Positions 10,608 to 21,838 are shown, counted from the stretch's first letter. The stretch: 64,000 bases of DNA from an uncultured bacterium (GCA_963827235.1 CAWHAE010000010.1:352001-416000); one strand, 5' to 3'. Notes: generated by a model not told the origin, from the sequence alone. Program-made: numbers and translations.

Positions 10608-11002
10608 GCGCGATCTCCACCTCCAGCATACGTGGCCCTGGTGCCACGGACCAGGACGACGGCATCCGGTTCTTGCTGGGCGCCCTGCCGGACCACGTCC
10701 CTGTCGCCGGTCGCAAGGTTGGTCAGGGCCCGATCAGAGTAGTGTGCGCCTATCCCGGCGTCGTGGTAGGATGTGTTCTGGCGCATATTGCACAGTCCGG
10801 TTTGGTTACCGATAGACGAGGCACATGCCTGTTGCGAATGCCGTGGCGGATAGCCGGCTGCGAATGGCGGCCGAGGTTGGCGCGGGCGGTATCAACCTGG
10901 CGTTCGACCGGAGACAATCTCGCGGTGTATATTCGGAGGTATGCGCGGCACAGGGCGTGCTCGCCGGAGATGGTATCAAGCTGGCCATGAGGAATAATCG
11001 AC

Positions 11003-12214
11003 ATGTCGTATGACCAGCGAGAACGCCTTCAGCGGCTCCGTCTTGCGCGCGGCCAGAACAGTGTACGCTTCGAGGCTGCGCAGTCCGGCGACGAGGGAGG
11101 CTGGAGTCCGGCGGTTGCCGCGATGCAGCGGCGGGGCGGCGGTCGAGGCGGCGCATTGATCGCGCTGCTCATCCTGGCGGTGCTGGCAACCGTGGTCCTC
11201 GGGGGCCTCGGCTATGCCGTGCACCAGTTTCACTCGTCGGCGGGAGGGCCGCGCAAGTCGGTCACTTTCGTGGTAGCGCCGGGCGAGAGCGTAAGCACGA
11301 TCAGCGACGCCTTGCAGAAGGACGGCATGGTGTCGAGCAGCCTCATGTTCAGGCTGTACTATCAATTCCTGCGCCCATCGGGCACCATCCAGGCGGGCCC
11401 CCATTTGCTCAACAGCGACATGGCCATGGACGACATCGCGAAGGTCATCCAGTCGCCGCCGGTTGTCGTGGTAGCAACGCCGGTTCCCGTACAGAACCAG
11501 TACAACATTCTGGCCGGAAAACGAGCCGAGGAAATCGCCACCATTCTCAGCAAGTATGACGTCGCGTCATATGACGACATTCTGCATGAGATCTATCACG
11601 GGAAGTACGACTACTGGTTCCTCAAAGGCCTTCCGGCGGGCGCGTCCCTGGAAGGTTTTCTGGCGCCCGGAGAGTACACGTTTCTGCCGCACTCGTCCGC
11701 GCACAGCGTCGTGGCTCTGATGCTGCGCAAGTTCGGCCAAGAGTTCACTCCCGCGATGGTTGCGCAGGCGAAGCGCAGTCACAGGAGCATCTATCAGATC
11801 GTGACGCTGGCCTCGATTATTCAGCGTGAGAACTTCCTGCCGAAGGTGCAGAAGGCGATTGCCGGCGTCTTCTACAACCGTCTGAACGATACCTCCGGCG
11901 TCACGGCGCAGAGGCTCAACTCCACGGCCACGGTGCAGTACGCCACCGGCTACAGCAAGGCAAAGAACACGTGGTGGCCGCCGGACGCCGACCTGGACAC
12001 CTCGATCGACTCCCCGTACAACACCTATCTGCACGCCGGGCTGCCGCCGGGACCAATCAGCAATCCAGGCTTGAGCGCTCTTGAGGCCGCGCTGAACCCG
12101 ACGCCTTCCAAGTGGCTGTTCTTCCAGGTCCTCACGGTCAAGGGCCACGCTCATACCTACTTCTGCGAAACATATGCCTGTTTCCAGAGCCAGGGCGGCG
12201 TCGTTCTGCAGTAG
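11003..12214 (+). CDS. mltG: Endolytic transglycosylase MltG
   Basis: N-terminal TM; LEGFLAPGEY, LASIIQRE (catalytic Glu), SPYNTY..GLPPGPISNPG. Confidence 0.93.
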   Translation: MSYDQRERLQRLRLARGQNSVRFEAAQSGDEGGWSPAVAAMQRRGGGRGGALIALLILAVLATVVLGGLGYAVHQFHSSAGGPRKSVTFVVAPGESVSTISDALQKDGMVSSSLMFRLYYQFLRPSGTIQAGPHLLNSDMAMDDIAKVIQSPPVVVVATPVPVQNQYNILAGKRAEEIATILSKYDVASYDDILHEIYHGKYDYWFLKGLPAGASLEGFLAPGEYTFLPHSSAHSVVALMLRKFGQEFTPAMVAQAKRSHRSIYQIVTLASIIQRENFLPKVQKAIAGVFYNRLNDTSGVTAQRLNSTATVQYATGYSKAKNTWWPPDADLDTSIDSPYNTYLHAGLPPGPISNPGLSALEAALNPTPSKWLFFQVLTVKGHAHTYFCETYACFQSQGGVVLQ

Positions 12215-12738
12215 GACCCGCCGGCAGCGAGCCGGATGCCGTCTCAGGCCAAGGTGAAACCTACAGGGGCGAGCGAGGTCCGCGCGTGGCGGCACCTGCA
12301 CGCGGGTGCCCGCAGGATTCGCAAGACGAGCCTTCCAGGCACGCACAGCCGCTACCGGTGCGGGCACGGCTCGTGTTCAACGCCGCCGGCCTGTCCGGAG
12401 CGGCACTCGCGCGTGCAGCCGCGGGCAGGTGCACCCAGTGCTCCCCCGCGGCAGGCGCGAGGGGTCCAACGCTGATAGCGTGCCGGCAGGCACTTGGCAA
12501 CTGCTCGGCATCCTCTCTACATCCTCTTAGCTCGCACTCACCGCGCACTTAGTCCGCTGCTCTAGTCTAGAGCCATGAGGTTCGAATGGCCACGATGGTC
12601 CGCCGAATCTCGGGTTTCCAGCAACACGGTCCGCTCAGTCGGACAACAGTGTGCAGCCGCCAGGGTGAGACGTCAATCCGCAGCCGCGGTTAATGCCTGG
12701 GCGAGTCGCTCGACCGAAACAAGAAAGGATACAGTTCC

Positions 12739-13743
12739 ATGATCGCTACTATGCCGGCTCAGGCTCCGCAACTGGACATTCCTCGTCCCCCCGCGGCGAC
12801 CGCCACGCCGATCGTCTACTCGCTCGTCGCGCCGGTATTCAACGAGGCCGAGACGCTGCGGCAGTTCTACAGCCGCGCGATGTCGGCGCTGGAAGACCTG
12901 GAGCAGCCGTTCGAACTCCTTCTCGTGAACGACGGCAGCAGCGACGGCTCAGATCGAATCATGCGCGAGCTGCAGATGCGCGACTCGCGCGTACGCGTGA
13001 TCGAGCTCTCGCGAAACTTCGGCCACCAGGCCGCTATTACCGCCGGCCTGGCGCAGGCTCGCGGGCAGGCGGTCATCATCATCGACTCCGACCTGCAGGA
13101 TCCGCCGGAGCTGATCCTGGAGATGGCGGAGCGCTGGAAAGAGGGCCTGGAGGTCGTCTACGCGCAGCGAGCGGCGCGCGCCGGCGAGACGCGGTTCAAG
13201 CTGTTCACGGCGGCGCTATTCTACAGGCTGATCGGCCGGCTCACCGACGTGAACATCCCGCGCGATACCGGGGACTTCAGGCTTCTGGACCGCAAGGTCG
13301 TGGACGCACTGGTAGAGCTGCCGGAGAAGCACCGGTTCATGCGCGGGTTGTCGGCGTGGGTCGGATTCCGCCAGGGCGCGGTGCGCTACGAGCGCGCCGA
13401 GCGCTACGCGGGCAGCACCAAGTATCCGCTGCGCAAGATGCTGCGCTTCGCCATGGACGCCGTTACCGGATTCAGCTACATGCCCCTGCAGCTTGCCACG
13501 AGCCTTGGATTCTCACTGGCCGGTCTGAGCCTTCTCGCCATCCTGGTCACCGCGTTACTGCGCCTGGTCGCCGGCGTAGTTGTCGCGCAGGCCACCGCGC
13601 TCATGCTGGCGCTCCTGCTTGGCGGCATCCAGCTTATCTTTCTCGGCGTGATAGGCGAGTACCTGGGCCGGATCTACGACGAAGTGCGCCAGCGCCCGCT
13701 CTATATCGTGCGCGACGTGCTGGAGAGCCCGGTCAAGCAGTGA
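12739..13743 (+). CDS. GT2 polyprenol-phosphate glycosyltransferase (GtrB/YkoT-like)
   Basis: PVFNE, VNDGSSDGS, SRNFGHQAA, DSDLQDPP, TGDFRLLD; two C-terminal TMs and GEYLGRIY. Confidence 0.93.
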   Translation: MIATMPAQAPQLDIPRPPAATATPIVYSLVAPVFNEAETLRQFYSRAMSALEDLEQPFELLLVNDGSSDGSDRIMRELQMRDSRVRVIELSRNFGHQAAITAGLAQARGQAVIIIDSDLQDPPELILEMAERWKEGLEVVYAQRAARAGETRFKLFTAALFYRLIGRLTDVNIPRDTGDFRLLDRKVVDALVELPEKHRFMRGLSAWVGFRQGAVRYERAERYAGSTKYPLRKMLRFAMDAVTGFSYMPLQLATSLGFSLAGLSLLAILVTALLRLVAGVVVAQATALMLALLLGGIQLIFLGVIGEYLGRIYDEVRQRPLYIVRDVLESPVKQ

Positions 13744-14036
13744 AGCCGGTTGTCGTTGAATATGGCCTCGTACCATGGCCGTGCGCGGACACAGCATCAG
13801 AGGGCTGCAACAGAAGCCCATCGATGGGCGCCACTTCGGCAGGCCGTGGGCGAGATGCGCGAACAGGCGCCGGCGGCCTCGTGCGGTGCAGACGGCAGCG
13901 CGCCCGCTCGCCCACGTAGCCGAGCGAGCAGGCGTCGGGTATCTTAAGCACCGAGCAGACCGGCAGGGACGCGGGAGCCCGGGCTGGTTTCCCGGCATCG
14001 CGCGACGATGGGCAGCGGCCCAGGGGAGAATGCGTC

Positions 14037-14912
14037 ATGGAACGCGGGTTGCGGGCTGGCGAGCAAGCGAGCGCGGACGGCGGTGTCCCGTCCGGACCCG
14101 CCGCGATCCTGGTAATCGGTGCGCATCCTGACGATGCGGACGAAGGAGCGGGCGGGTTGGCGGCCCTGTGCGTGAGGGCAGGTCATCGCGTGCAGTTTGT
14201 GTCGCTTACCAACGGCGACGCCGGGCACTTCCAGACGGGTGGCGCAGCACTGGCGCGGCGCCGCCGAGAGGAAGCGCGGCGATCCGGGGCCGTGCTGGGC
14301 ATAGAGTATACGGTGCTCGATATCCACGACGGCGCGCTCGAGCCCAGCCTGGCCAATCGCCGCATCGTGATCGACCTGATCTGCCGGGCGCGGCCGGATC
14401 TCGTGCTGACCCACCGGCCGAACGACTATCATCCCGACCACCGCTACACGGCGGCGCTCGTACAGGACGCGGCATACATGGTGACCGTGCCCGAGGCCGT
14501 GGGCCTCACCCCGGCGCTTGCCGAGATGCCATGCATCGCCTACATGAGCGACACCTTTCGCCGTCCCTACCCGTTTACTCCCGAGATCGTGATAGATATC
14601 GACGACGTGCTCGCCCTCAAGATGGACATGCTGCACCAGCACGGCTCGCAAATGTACGAGTGGCTGCCGTATTCGCGTGGGCAGCTTGGGCAGGTACCCT
14701 CCGGCGAGGCCGACCGGCGCGCCTGGCTCACTTCTCTGTACGCGCCGGTCTCCGCAGCCGTCGCCGATCGCTACCGCCTACAGCTCGTCGAGCTCTACGG
14801 AGCCACGCGAGGAGAGCGCGTCCGCTATGCCGAAGCATTCGAGATCTGCGAGTACGGTGCGCCGCTCACGCCGGAGCTGCGGCGCAGGCTGTTTCCTTTC
14901 CTGCCGGAATAG
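14037..14912 (+). CDS. PIG-L/LmbE family N-acetyl deacetylase
   Basis: GAHPDD and DYHPDH metal-binding motifs; RREEA. Confidence 0.9.
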   Translation: MERGLRAGEQASADGGVPSGPAAILVIGAHPDDADEGAGGLAALCVRAGHRVQFVSLTNGDAGHFQTGGAALARRRREEARRSGAVLGIEYTVLDIHDGALEPSLANRRIVIDLICRARPDLVLTHRPNDYHPDHRYTAALVQDAAYMVTVPEAVGLTPALAEMPCIAYMSDTFRRPYPFTPEIVIDIDDVLALKMDMLHQHGSQMYEWLPYSRGQLGQVPSGEADRRAWLTSLYAPVSAAVADRYRLQLVELYGATRGERVRYAEAFEICEYGAPLTPELRRRLFPFLPE

Positions 14913-14945
14913 CAGGGTCTCACTACGCCGATCGCCGCGTCTCCG

Positions 14946-16286
14946 TCACGCGGCGAAGGGCTCGCCCGAGCGTGCGGTCGCGGTTCTCAGCTTGCGCAGG
15001 TGCCCGCATTCATCCAGGTCGAACAGCTCCCTCGCGTTCTGCTGCATCAGCCTGGGCACCAGGTCGACTGCCTCAGCCGCGGTCAGCCAGCCATCGGCCA
15101 GCAGCCGCTCCAGAGCGAGAGCCAGCCCCTGCTTAGCCAGCACCGCATGGCCGGCCACGTTTTCTACGGTGGCGTAGTCGCCGCCGAAGCAGAGTACTTT
15201 GTTTGCCGGTGCCGCGAGCAGATACTCGGTCAGGAAGCGCACCCCGGCAGCCGGGTTGAGAATCCACGCCCAGCAGAGATCGACGTAGGCGTTGCGGTAG
15301 TGCTTGGCCAGGGCAATGAACTCGTCCTGGTAGGGATAGCCGATATGCATCAGCACGAAGCGAGCATCCGGGAAATCCTGCAACAGCGAGCAGAGATCCG
15401 AGGCGTTCTGCCGCACGCGATGCAGCGGCATCACGCCGGTACCCGAGTAGTAGCCGCAATGGAGCTTGACGGGCAGTCCCGCGGTGACTGCCTTGCCCAA
15501 GCAATAGCGCATCAGGTGATCCTCGAGTGCTCGACGCTCATCTTTTGCCAGCAGATCTCCACGTGAGAAGCGGGCAAAGAGCGGTGCAGCCGCGTGGGCG
15601 GGCACATCCTCGAACGCCAGCCGGCGAGTGTAGGCGGCGAGGCTCTTGGCGGCGACGGCTCGGGGCCCGAATCGCGCGAAGGCCCAGTCGATCACCTCGT
15701 GCCACCCCTGCAGATCGCTCGCCGCCAGCCCGCTCAACCGGCACATGCCGGCAATGTCCAGCTCGGTGGTGAACGGTAGGAAACTGAGATCCTGCAGGAG
15801 GTATGCGGGCTCGGTGGTCTCACACATGGGTGCCGTCTCCAGCGAGTTGACCTGGCAGGTGAGCACGCCTGCGCGTCGCAGGATATCGGCGTAATGTCCG
15901 GGCCGCACTCCACCAGCCGCGAGCTCGACGCCGATCCGCTCGCAGGCGGCGACGTCCCATTGCTGCACGCCGTAGAGGACCCTGGCAGTCTCGGCCACCG
16001 CGCGCATGTAGCCCGTGTGGCGTGTGCGCTCCCACCAGGGGCGCAGCAGCTCCCACTTGGCGGCCACTCCTACTTCCGGATCGAAAAGGCGTGTCCGCTC
16101 CCGAGCCGGCATCCCGGCTGCCGTGAGGTCGTCCACCGCGTAGTGTGCAAAGAGCAGCGCGAAGTCGGTGCACGGTTGCAGCGTGGGGTGTCCGCCCGCG
16201 CCGCGCGCCCTCGTCGCTGGTTCCAGCAGGTGCTCGTGCGTGTCAATCCACGCCGAGCCCGCGATTGTTTCTCGCAGCACGTTCAT
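14946..16286 (-). CDS. Amidohydrolase family protein (Amidohydro_2-like)
   Basis: IDTHEH, LHCG, LMHIGYP and FGGDY motifs; start could also be 16304. Confidence 0.85.
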   Translation of the reverse strand: MNVLRETIAGSAWIDTHEHLLEPATRARGAGGHPTLQPCTDFALLFAHYAVDDLTAAGMPARERTRLFDPEVGVAAKWELLRPWWERTRHTGYMRAVAETARVLYGVQQWDVAACERIGVELAAGGVRPGHYADILRRAGVLTCQVNSLETAPMCETTEPAYLLQDLSFLPFTTELDIAGMCRLSGLAASDLQGWHEVIDWAFARFGPRAVAAKSLAAYTRRLAFEDVPAHAAAPLFARFSRGDLLAKDERRALEDHLMRYCLGKAVTAGLPVKLHCGYYSGTGVMPLHRVRQNASDLCSLLQDFPDARFVLMHIGYPYQDEFIALAKHYRNAYVDLCWAWILNPAAGVRFLTEYLLAAPANKVLCFGGDYATVENVAGHAVLAKQGLALALERLLADGWLTAAEAVDLVPRLMQQNARELFDLDECGHLRKLRTATARSGEPFAA

Positions 16287-17032
16287 CTCTTCAGCCTCCC
16301 GCATTCCGGTGCATTGCCAGGTCGCCGGACTTGACGGTGCATAGCCTCCGGCCGCGGCCGACGGATTTCCGGGTCGCTCGACCCAGGTGACGGCCGATCG
16401 TCGAGCTCCCGCTGCGCCCACCCCGGCTGCAGACCAAGCCTTGCCAGACACCTTGTGATCGCCGCCGGCCGTTGCAGGCGGCAGGGAGCCGTCACCCCCC
16501 AATCGGCGTTCACGCAGGAGTTTGGCCTCATGCATCCGGGCCGTTCAGGACAGAGACTAAAGCCGCGGGCCGGCGATGTCAAGCAATGCTGCTGGGAAGG
16601 CTTTCCGACGCCGGATCTTGCGCGCTGATCCTCTGCCGGATCCCATATGATGTGGTCCGGACTGCCCGGCGCCTTGTGGAACCGGGCGGCCTACTGCGCA
16701 TGGTCGCTACACGCGGACGGTCGGCGCTAACAGAGGCGAGCGCAGGCGAAAGACACTGCCCCTGGTGCGCGTGCTCTCCATACTGCCTACCAACGTCTAC
16801 CGGGCGCGCGACGGGCCTGACCAGTTACGCCGGCTCCGGCAGGGCGCAGGCGATGCGGATAACTTCGGTCATTCTGCAGGGGAGGATCGCGACAGCGCGG
16901 ATGCCTGCTGGGTCTGCATGACGGTGCCAAAGCCGCTCGGCGCGCCCGTCGAGCAGCGGTTGAGCGCCGACTGCCGGCAGGCACATGGGCATGATGCGGT
17001 ACCGTATCATGATGGCCGGAGGACACGCGGAG

Positions 17033-17794
17033 ATGCTGAATCCGAAAGAGCGCTTCTCGACTCGTGTCGAAAACTACGTGCGCTACCGGCCCGGCTATCC
17101 GCCGGCCGTGATCGACGTGCTGCGCCGCCAATGCGGGCTGGACGGTTCCTGGGTGGTCGCGGACGTCGGCTCCGGACCGGGCAACCTGGCGCGGCTGTTC
17201 CTGGATAACGGCAACGCGGTGGTGGGCGTGGAGCCGAATCGCGAGATGCGTGAGGCCGGGCAGCGTCTATTGGCCGGCTATCCACGCTTCACCAGCGTGT
17301 CCGGATCGGCCGAAACCACTCTGCTCGACGACGCCTCGGTGGACCTCGTCGTGGCGGGGCAAGCGTTTCACTGGTTCGACCGAGACCGCTGTAAGCCGGA
17401 GTTTCGACGCATTCTGCGGGGGAAGCGCTGGACAGCACTGGTCTGGAACGATCGGCGCACCGGGACCACTCCGTTCCTGGCGGCCTATGAGCGGCTTCTC
17501 GAACGCTATGCGACTGACTACGCGACAGTCCGGCACCGGAACGTGACGAGCGACGAGGTGCTCGGCGCTTTCTTCGCTCCCCGTGAGCCGGCCAGCGCGT
17601 CCTTCCCCAACAGGCAGAGTTTCGACTTCGATGGGCTGAAGGGCCGCCTGCTGTCGTCATCCTACGCGCCGGAACCAGGCCGGCCCGGTTACGAGGCGAT
17701 GCTGGCTGACCTCCGGGCGGCGTTCGACACCTACCAGTCCGGCGGGACGGTCAGCTTTGACTACGACACCCAGGTGTATTACGGCCAGATCTGA
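17033..17794 (+). CDS. Class I SAM-dependent methyltransferase
   Basis: Y.RYRPGYP, DVGSGPG, GVEPN, GQAFHWFD. Confidence 0.92.
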   Translation: MLNPKERFSTRVENYVRYRPGYPPAVIDVLRRQCGLDGSWVVADVGSGPGNLARLFLDNGNAVVGVEPNREMREAGQRLLAGYPRFTSVSGSAETTLLDDASVDLVVAGQAFHWFDRDRCKPEFRRILRGKRWTALVWNDRRTGTTPFLAAYERLLERYATDYATVRHRNVTSDEVLGAFFAPREPASASFPNRQSFDFDGLKGRLLSSSYAPEPGRPGYEAMLADLRAAFDTYQSGGTVSFDYDTQVYYGQI

Positions 17795-17918
17795 GCCCAC
17801 GATCGGCCAGCCTGTCGACCCTATACGGTTTAGAGAAGCAGGAAACAGACTCAGGTCTCGCGGACGGGCGCAATCAATCCGGCGGATGGCGACACCGGCA
17901 TGCGGGTACCCAGAGCCT

Positions 17919-17940
17919 CCCCGCGCTGAAGCGCGCGGGG
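17919..17940. terminator. GC hairpin between convergent genes
   Basis: CCCCGCGC-tgaagc-GCGCGGGG. Confidence 0.4.
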
Positions 17941-17966
17941 CATCAGGAGCATCGATGGTCGACGGG

Positions 17967-18851
17967 CTACCGTAAATTGCTCTCCCGAAGAGCTATCTGC
18001 AGGGCTTGCGCAAATGGCGTGCGGCGTCCGAGACGGCGTTGCTCAGCCCGCGCGCAATCCAGCCGGCAGTCGTGAGGTCGCGGGGCAGCGGCAGCAGGGG
18101 CCGGATCCGGCCGGAGGTGCGCGGTAGAGACGCCCAGGACCTGCCCCATGATCCGGGCCATCGCATACCTGGTCAGGCGCTCGTCGCCGCACCAGTGCCA
18201 GATGCCACTCATGTCCTGTCCTGCCAGACGCAGGTCGATCATCTGCCGGCAAAGCACGGCGAGATCGTCCACGTACGTTGGATAGCGCTGCTGCCAGTCG
18301 TCCAGTGCCTTCGGTTGTCCGCCGCGCACGTCGTGCAGGAGTCCGGTGACCGAGCACTCCTCCGCGTACTCAACTCGACCGTACAGGAGGCCGACGCGAA
18401 GCACTGCAGTGTCACCGGACTGCGAAAGGACCGCGCGCTCGCCGTCGAGCTTGGTCCGTCCATAGAGATTGAGCGGGCGCGTCGTATCGTCCGGACTGTA
18501 CGGCGGCCGCGTGCCGTCGAATACGTAATCGGTCGACAAGAACAGCAGCCACGAGCCGAGAGTGCGGGCATGGCGAGCTAGGGCGGAGGTGGCCTCGACG
18601 TTCAGCGCTCTGGTGCCCTCGGGATCGCGCTCGCCCGCGTCGGGCCGACGTTGGGCCGCGCCGTGCACGATCACCTCGGGACGCTGCTCGTCGAGGTAGG
18701 CTGCGGTGGCATCCCGGTCCAGCAGGTCGAGCTTTGTCAGGCCGGCTGCTGCTCGGGTGAGGGCAGTGCCGGCCGGCCGGTATGCCGCCAGCTCGCGCAT
18801 CAGCGCTCTGCCCAGCAGCCCGCTGGCCCCGGTTACCACCACTCTTGCCAT
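17967..18851 (-). CDS. RmlD/MAT2B-like extended SDR (dTDP-4-dehydrorhamnose reductase family)
   Basis: TGASGLLG, STDYVFDG, PLNLYGRTK (YxxxK), RYPTYVDD. Confidence 0.88.
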   Translation of the reverse strand: MARVVVTGASGLLGRALMRELAAYRPAGTALTRAAAGLTKLDLLDRDATAAYLDEQRPEVIVHGAAQRRPDAGERDPEGTRALNVEATSALARHARTLGSWLLFLSTDYVFDGTRPPYSPDDTTRPLNLYGRTKLDGERAVLSQSGDTAVLRVGLLYGRVEYAEECSVTGLLHDVRGGQPKALDDWQQRYPTYVDDLAVLCRQMIDLRLAGQDMSGIWHWCGDERLTRYAMARIMGQVLGVSTAHLRPDPAPAAAAPRPHDCRLDCARAEQRRLGRRTPFAQALQIALRESNLR

Positions 18852-19178
18852 GCCGCTCCCTCCCCTCGCTCCGGCCGAGCTCACAGGCAGCCGCGCCGGA
18901 CGTGATACGATTGCTGTGCCGGCTCAGCGCGGACGCCGCGACGTCGCACCCGCCGGCATTGTCAGCTGCAGCACAGGGCTCACCGTAGCCGCCGCCGACT
19001 GGAGATACGCCGCAGTGCACGGCTCACGCTATTGTCTCACTCGAGTTCACGATACCAGTACGGCGGCATTCGTCGCCGCGACCGGGGAGCGACCGCCGGA
19101 TCGAGCCGGACTGCTCGCCGCGAAGCTCCGCGGGATGCCGGGCAGGTGCGCGCCGGCGCTGCCTGCCCTGCGCCGCCG

Positions 19179-20117
19179 GTGAGCGTGTCGCGAGGATTCG
19201 GCTGGCCCGACGCCGGCGTGCTGTTCGCGTCAGCGCTGTGGGGCCTCAACTACACGGCGGTCAAGGTCGGGTTGGAAGATCTGCCGCCGACCGTATTTGG
19301 CAGCCTGCGATTCGTCATCGCCACCGTGCTGCTCTTCGCTCTGCTTGCCGTGACCGAGCGAGGCGCTAAAGTGGCCCGAGCAGACGGCGGGCGGCTGCTG
19401 CTGATGGGCGCGCTGTCCATCGGCGTCAATCAGATCCTGTTTCTCGACGGACTGCGCCGTACCAGTGCCTCGGTCGGAGCCATCACTTTTGCCTGCGCCT
19501 CGGCCTTCACCATCCTGCTGGCAGTCTTTCTCCTGGGCGAGCGCGCTGGCCGGCGGCTCTGGCTCGGCATCGCACTGGCCAGCACCGGCATCGCCATCAT
19601 CGTGGGTCAGGGTTCCGCCGGCGGTGCGCAGGCAGCGCTGGGCGACGTGGAGATCTTCTTCAGCGCGCTGGCCGTAGGACTCACGTCGCTTCTTGCCAAA
19701 GACGTGCTTCAGCGGTACTCCGCTCTTCGCGTGACTGCCTGGTGCTCGTTCTGGGGTCTGTGCTGCCTGCTGCCGTTCGGCGCCATCGCGCTGCCCACAG
19801 TCCATTGGTCGAGCGTGCACCTGCACGCCTGGACCGCCCTTGGCTTCACCTCTGTCGGTGCCTCCGTGATCACCCTCATCCTCTGGTACGCCGGGATCGC
19901 CCGTATCGGCGTGACGCGTGCGACTGCCTACGGCTACTTGCAGCCCATCCTCGGAGTCGTATTCGCCGCAGTGTTGCTGGGCGACCATCTGACGGCGCGC
20001 CAGCTTGTCGGTGGTGCTGTGGCGCTCGTCGGGACGTGGCTGGCCAGTGCTGCGACGATCGCACCGGCCCGTTTACCGGAGGTAGCGGAGCCGGAGCAGC
20101 GCCCCGGTGTCGCGTAG
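19179..20117 (+). CDS. DMT/EamA family transporter
   Basis: LWGLNY, LRF and YLQPILG..LLGD motifs; about 10 TMs; start uncertain. Confidence 0.9.
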   Translation: MSVSRGFGWPDAGVLFASALWGLNYTAVKVGLEDLPPTVFGSLRFVIATVLLFALLAVTERGAKVARADGGRLLLMGALSIGVNQILFLDGLRRTSASVGAITFACASAFTILLAVFLLGERAGRRLWLGIALASTGIAIIVGQGSAGGAQAALGDVEIFFSALAVGLTSLLAKDVLQRYSALRVTAWCSFWGLCCLLPFGAIALPTVHWSSVHLHAWTALGFTSVGASVITLILWYAGIARIGVTRATAYGYLQPILGVVFAAVLLGDHLTARQLVGGAVALVGTWLASAATIAPARLPEVAEPEQRPGVA

Positions 20118-20279
20118 CGTGCGCTTGGCCGCGCCCCGCCCCGCGCCTGCAAGACAGTCCCCGCCGTGTCGACGGCTCGCGGGCGCGGGGCGTCGTGCCC
20201 GCCTAAGTCCAACGCGGTTCACATAAGGAAGAAACTGGGCAAGCGCGGACGCTAGCGCACTCAAGTCCGCGCTTGGCGA

Positions 20280-20341
20280 GCCGATGCGTCTCCCCGCGGT
20301 GAACCGCAGGGCATCAAGCGCGCGCCGATGCGTCTCCCCGC
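20280..20341. repeat. 18-nt perfect direct repeat x2
   Basis: GCCGATGCGTCTCCCCGC at 20280-20297 and 20324-20341. Confidence 0.7.
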
Positions 20342-20360
20342 TAAGTACACCGTATTCCGC

Positions 20361-21365
20361 CTAAGCCACCCGCGCAGGCGGCGAGATCGTCTTGCCGGGA
20401 TCGCGCTCCGCGAGGCCGCCCACGGCCTGCTCGATGCGCGACAGGACGGCCGAATCCAGCTTCACCTCGACGGCCTTTGCATTGGAGCGGATCTGCTCCG
20501 GACGCGAGGCTCCAATGATCGCTGACGCTACGTGCTCGTTGTGAAGCACCCAGGCCAGGGCGAGCTGGGCCATGGTCAGGCCCAGCTCGCCGGCAATCGG
20601 CTGCAGGTTTTGCACGCCGGCCAGGATCTCATCCGACAGCAGCCTGCTGATAAAGGTAGCGCCGCCCTTCGCGTCCGTCGCGCGGCTGCCTTCAGGCAAT
20701 GGCGCGCCAGGCTTGTACTTCCCGCTCAGCACGCCCTGCGCGATCGGGGAGAAGACGATCTGCGAGATGCCCAGCTCCGCCGAGGTTGGTATGACCTGGG
20801 CTTCGATCACGCGCCATAGCAGGGAATACTGTGGCTGATTCGAGATGAGCTGGAAGCCAAGCTGCTTCGCCAGTCCCTGCCCGGCGCGAATCTGCTCGGC
20901 GGTCCACTCGCTGACGCCGATATACAGTGCTTTGCCCTGCCGCACGACGTCGGCAAATGCCTGCATGGTCTCCTCGAGCGGCGTTTCGAAGTCGAAGCGG
21001 TGCGCCTGGTACAGGTCGACGTAGCCGGTGCGCAAGCGCGTCAACGAGGCGTCAATGGACTCGAAGATATGTTTGCGGGAGAGTCCTGTATCGTTGTGGC
21101 CGCCCGGCCCTGTCGGCCAATACACCTTGGTGAAGATCTCGAGCGACTGCCTGCGCTCACCCTTCAATGCATCGCCAAGCACCTCCTCGGCGGCACCATT
21201 CGCGTAGCCGTCCGCCGTATCGAACGAGGAAATGCCCGCTTCGAGCGCCGCCCGGACGCATTCTTTCGCCGTGGCGCTCTCGATCTGAGATCCGTGCGTG
21301 ATCCAGTTGCCGTAGGTGAGGGCGGAGATCTTCAGCCCGCTCTTGCCGAGGTACCTGTATTCCAC
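20361..21365 (-). CDS. Aldo/keto reductase (Kv-beta/Tas-like)
   Basis: YRYLGKSGLKIS, FDTADGY, IFTK, DLYQAHRFD, YIGVSEW, SPIAQGVLSGKY. Confidence 0.95.
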   Translation of the reverse strand: MEYRYLGKSGLKISALTYGNWITHGSQIESATAKECVRAALEAGISSFDTADGYANGAAEEVLGDALKGERRQSLEIFTKVYWPTGPGGHNDTGLSRKHIFESIDASLTRLRTGYVDLYQAHRFDFETPLEETMQAFADVVRQGKALYIGVSEWTAEQIRAGQGLAKQLGFQLISNQPQYSLLWRVIEAQVIPTSAELGISQIVFSPIAQGVLSGKYKPGAPLPEGSRATDAKGGATFISRLLSDEILAGVQNLQPIAGELGLTMAQLALAWVLHNEHVASAIIGASRPEQIRSNAKAVEVKLDSAVLSRIEQAVGGLAERDPGKTISPPARVA

Positions 21366-21838
21366 GGTCGATTGGTCCTTTCTGGCGGCTTTCGCCTGCA
21401 CGGGCGCGGATACGACTTGCCGCGGCCGTGGAAAGAGTGATATGCGACGATTTTCGGTGCAGACACGAATAAGGATACTCCGGCTGCCTCAAGTCAGGGC
21501 CGAACGCGGTGTCCGGCACGGCCAGTCTCCTGTTCGATTTCACGGCTCGGCACCGACGCGGTGGCCCGAAGCCAACGCGGTATACTGCCGGAAAGGGCAG
21601 AGTAGCCGGCCTCGTCGGCCGCACTCGAGCAGCGCGCGGCGGCGTCTGAGCCGTGCTTCGGCGAGAGGCCGGAGCACCGATGGAGCTGCCCGAGAAGTCG
21701 CATCTCGCGGACGATCCTACCAGCCACGGCGTCATGCGCTCGAGCCACAACGGCATGGCCTTTGCTCGGCGCGCGACATCTACGTATGACGATGAACGCG
21801 CAGAACCTGCGCGTGCCGGCGAAAGGGAGCCCACAGCG

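Noticed and set aside
20280-20341. Possible mini-CRISPR (repeat-26 nt-repeat)
   Set aside because: Only two 18-nt copies, too short for CRISPR repeats, and no cas genes
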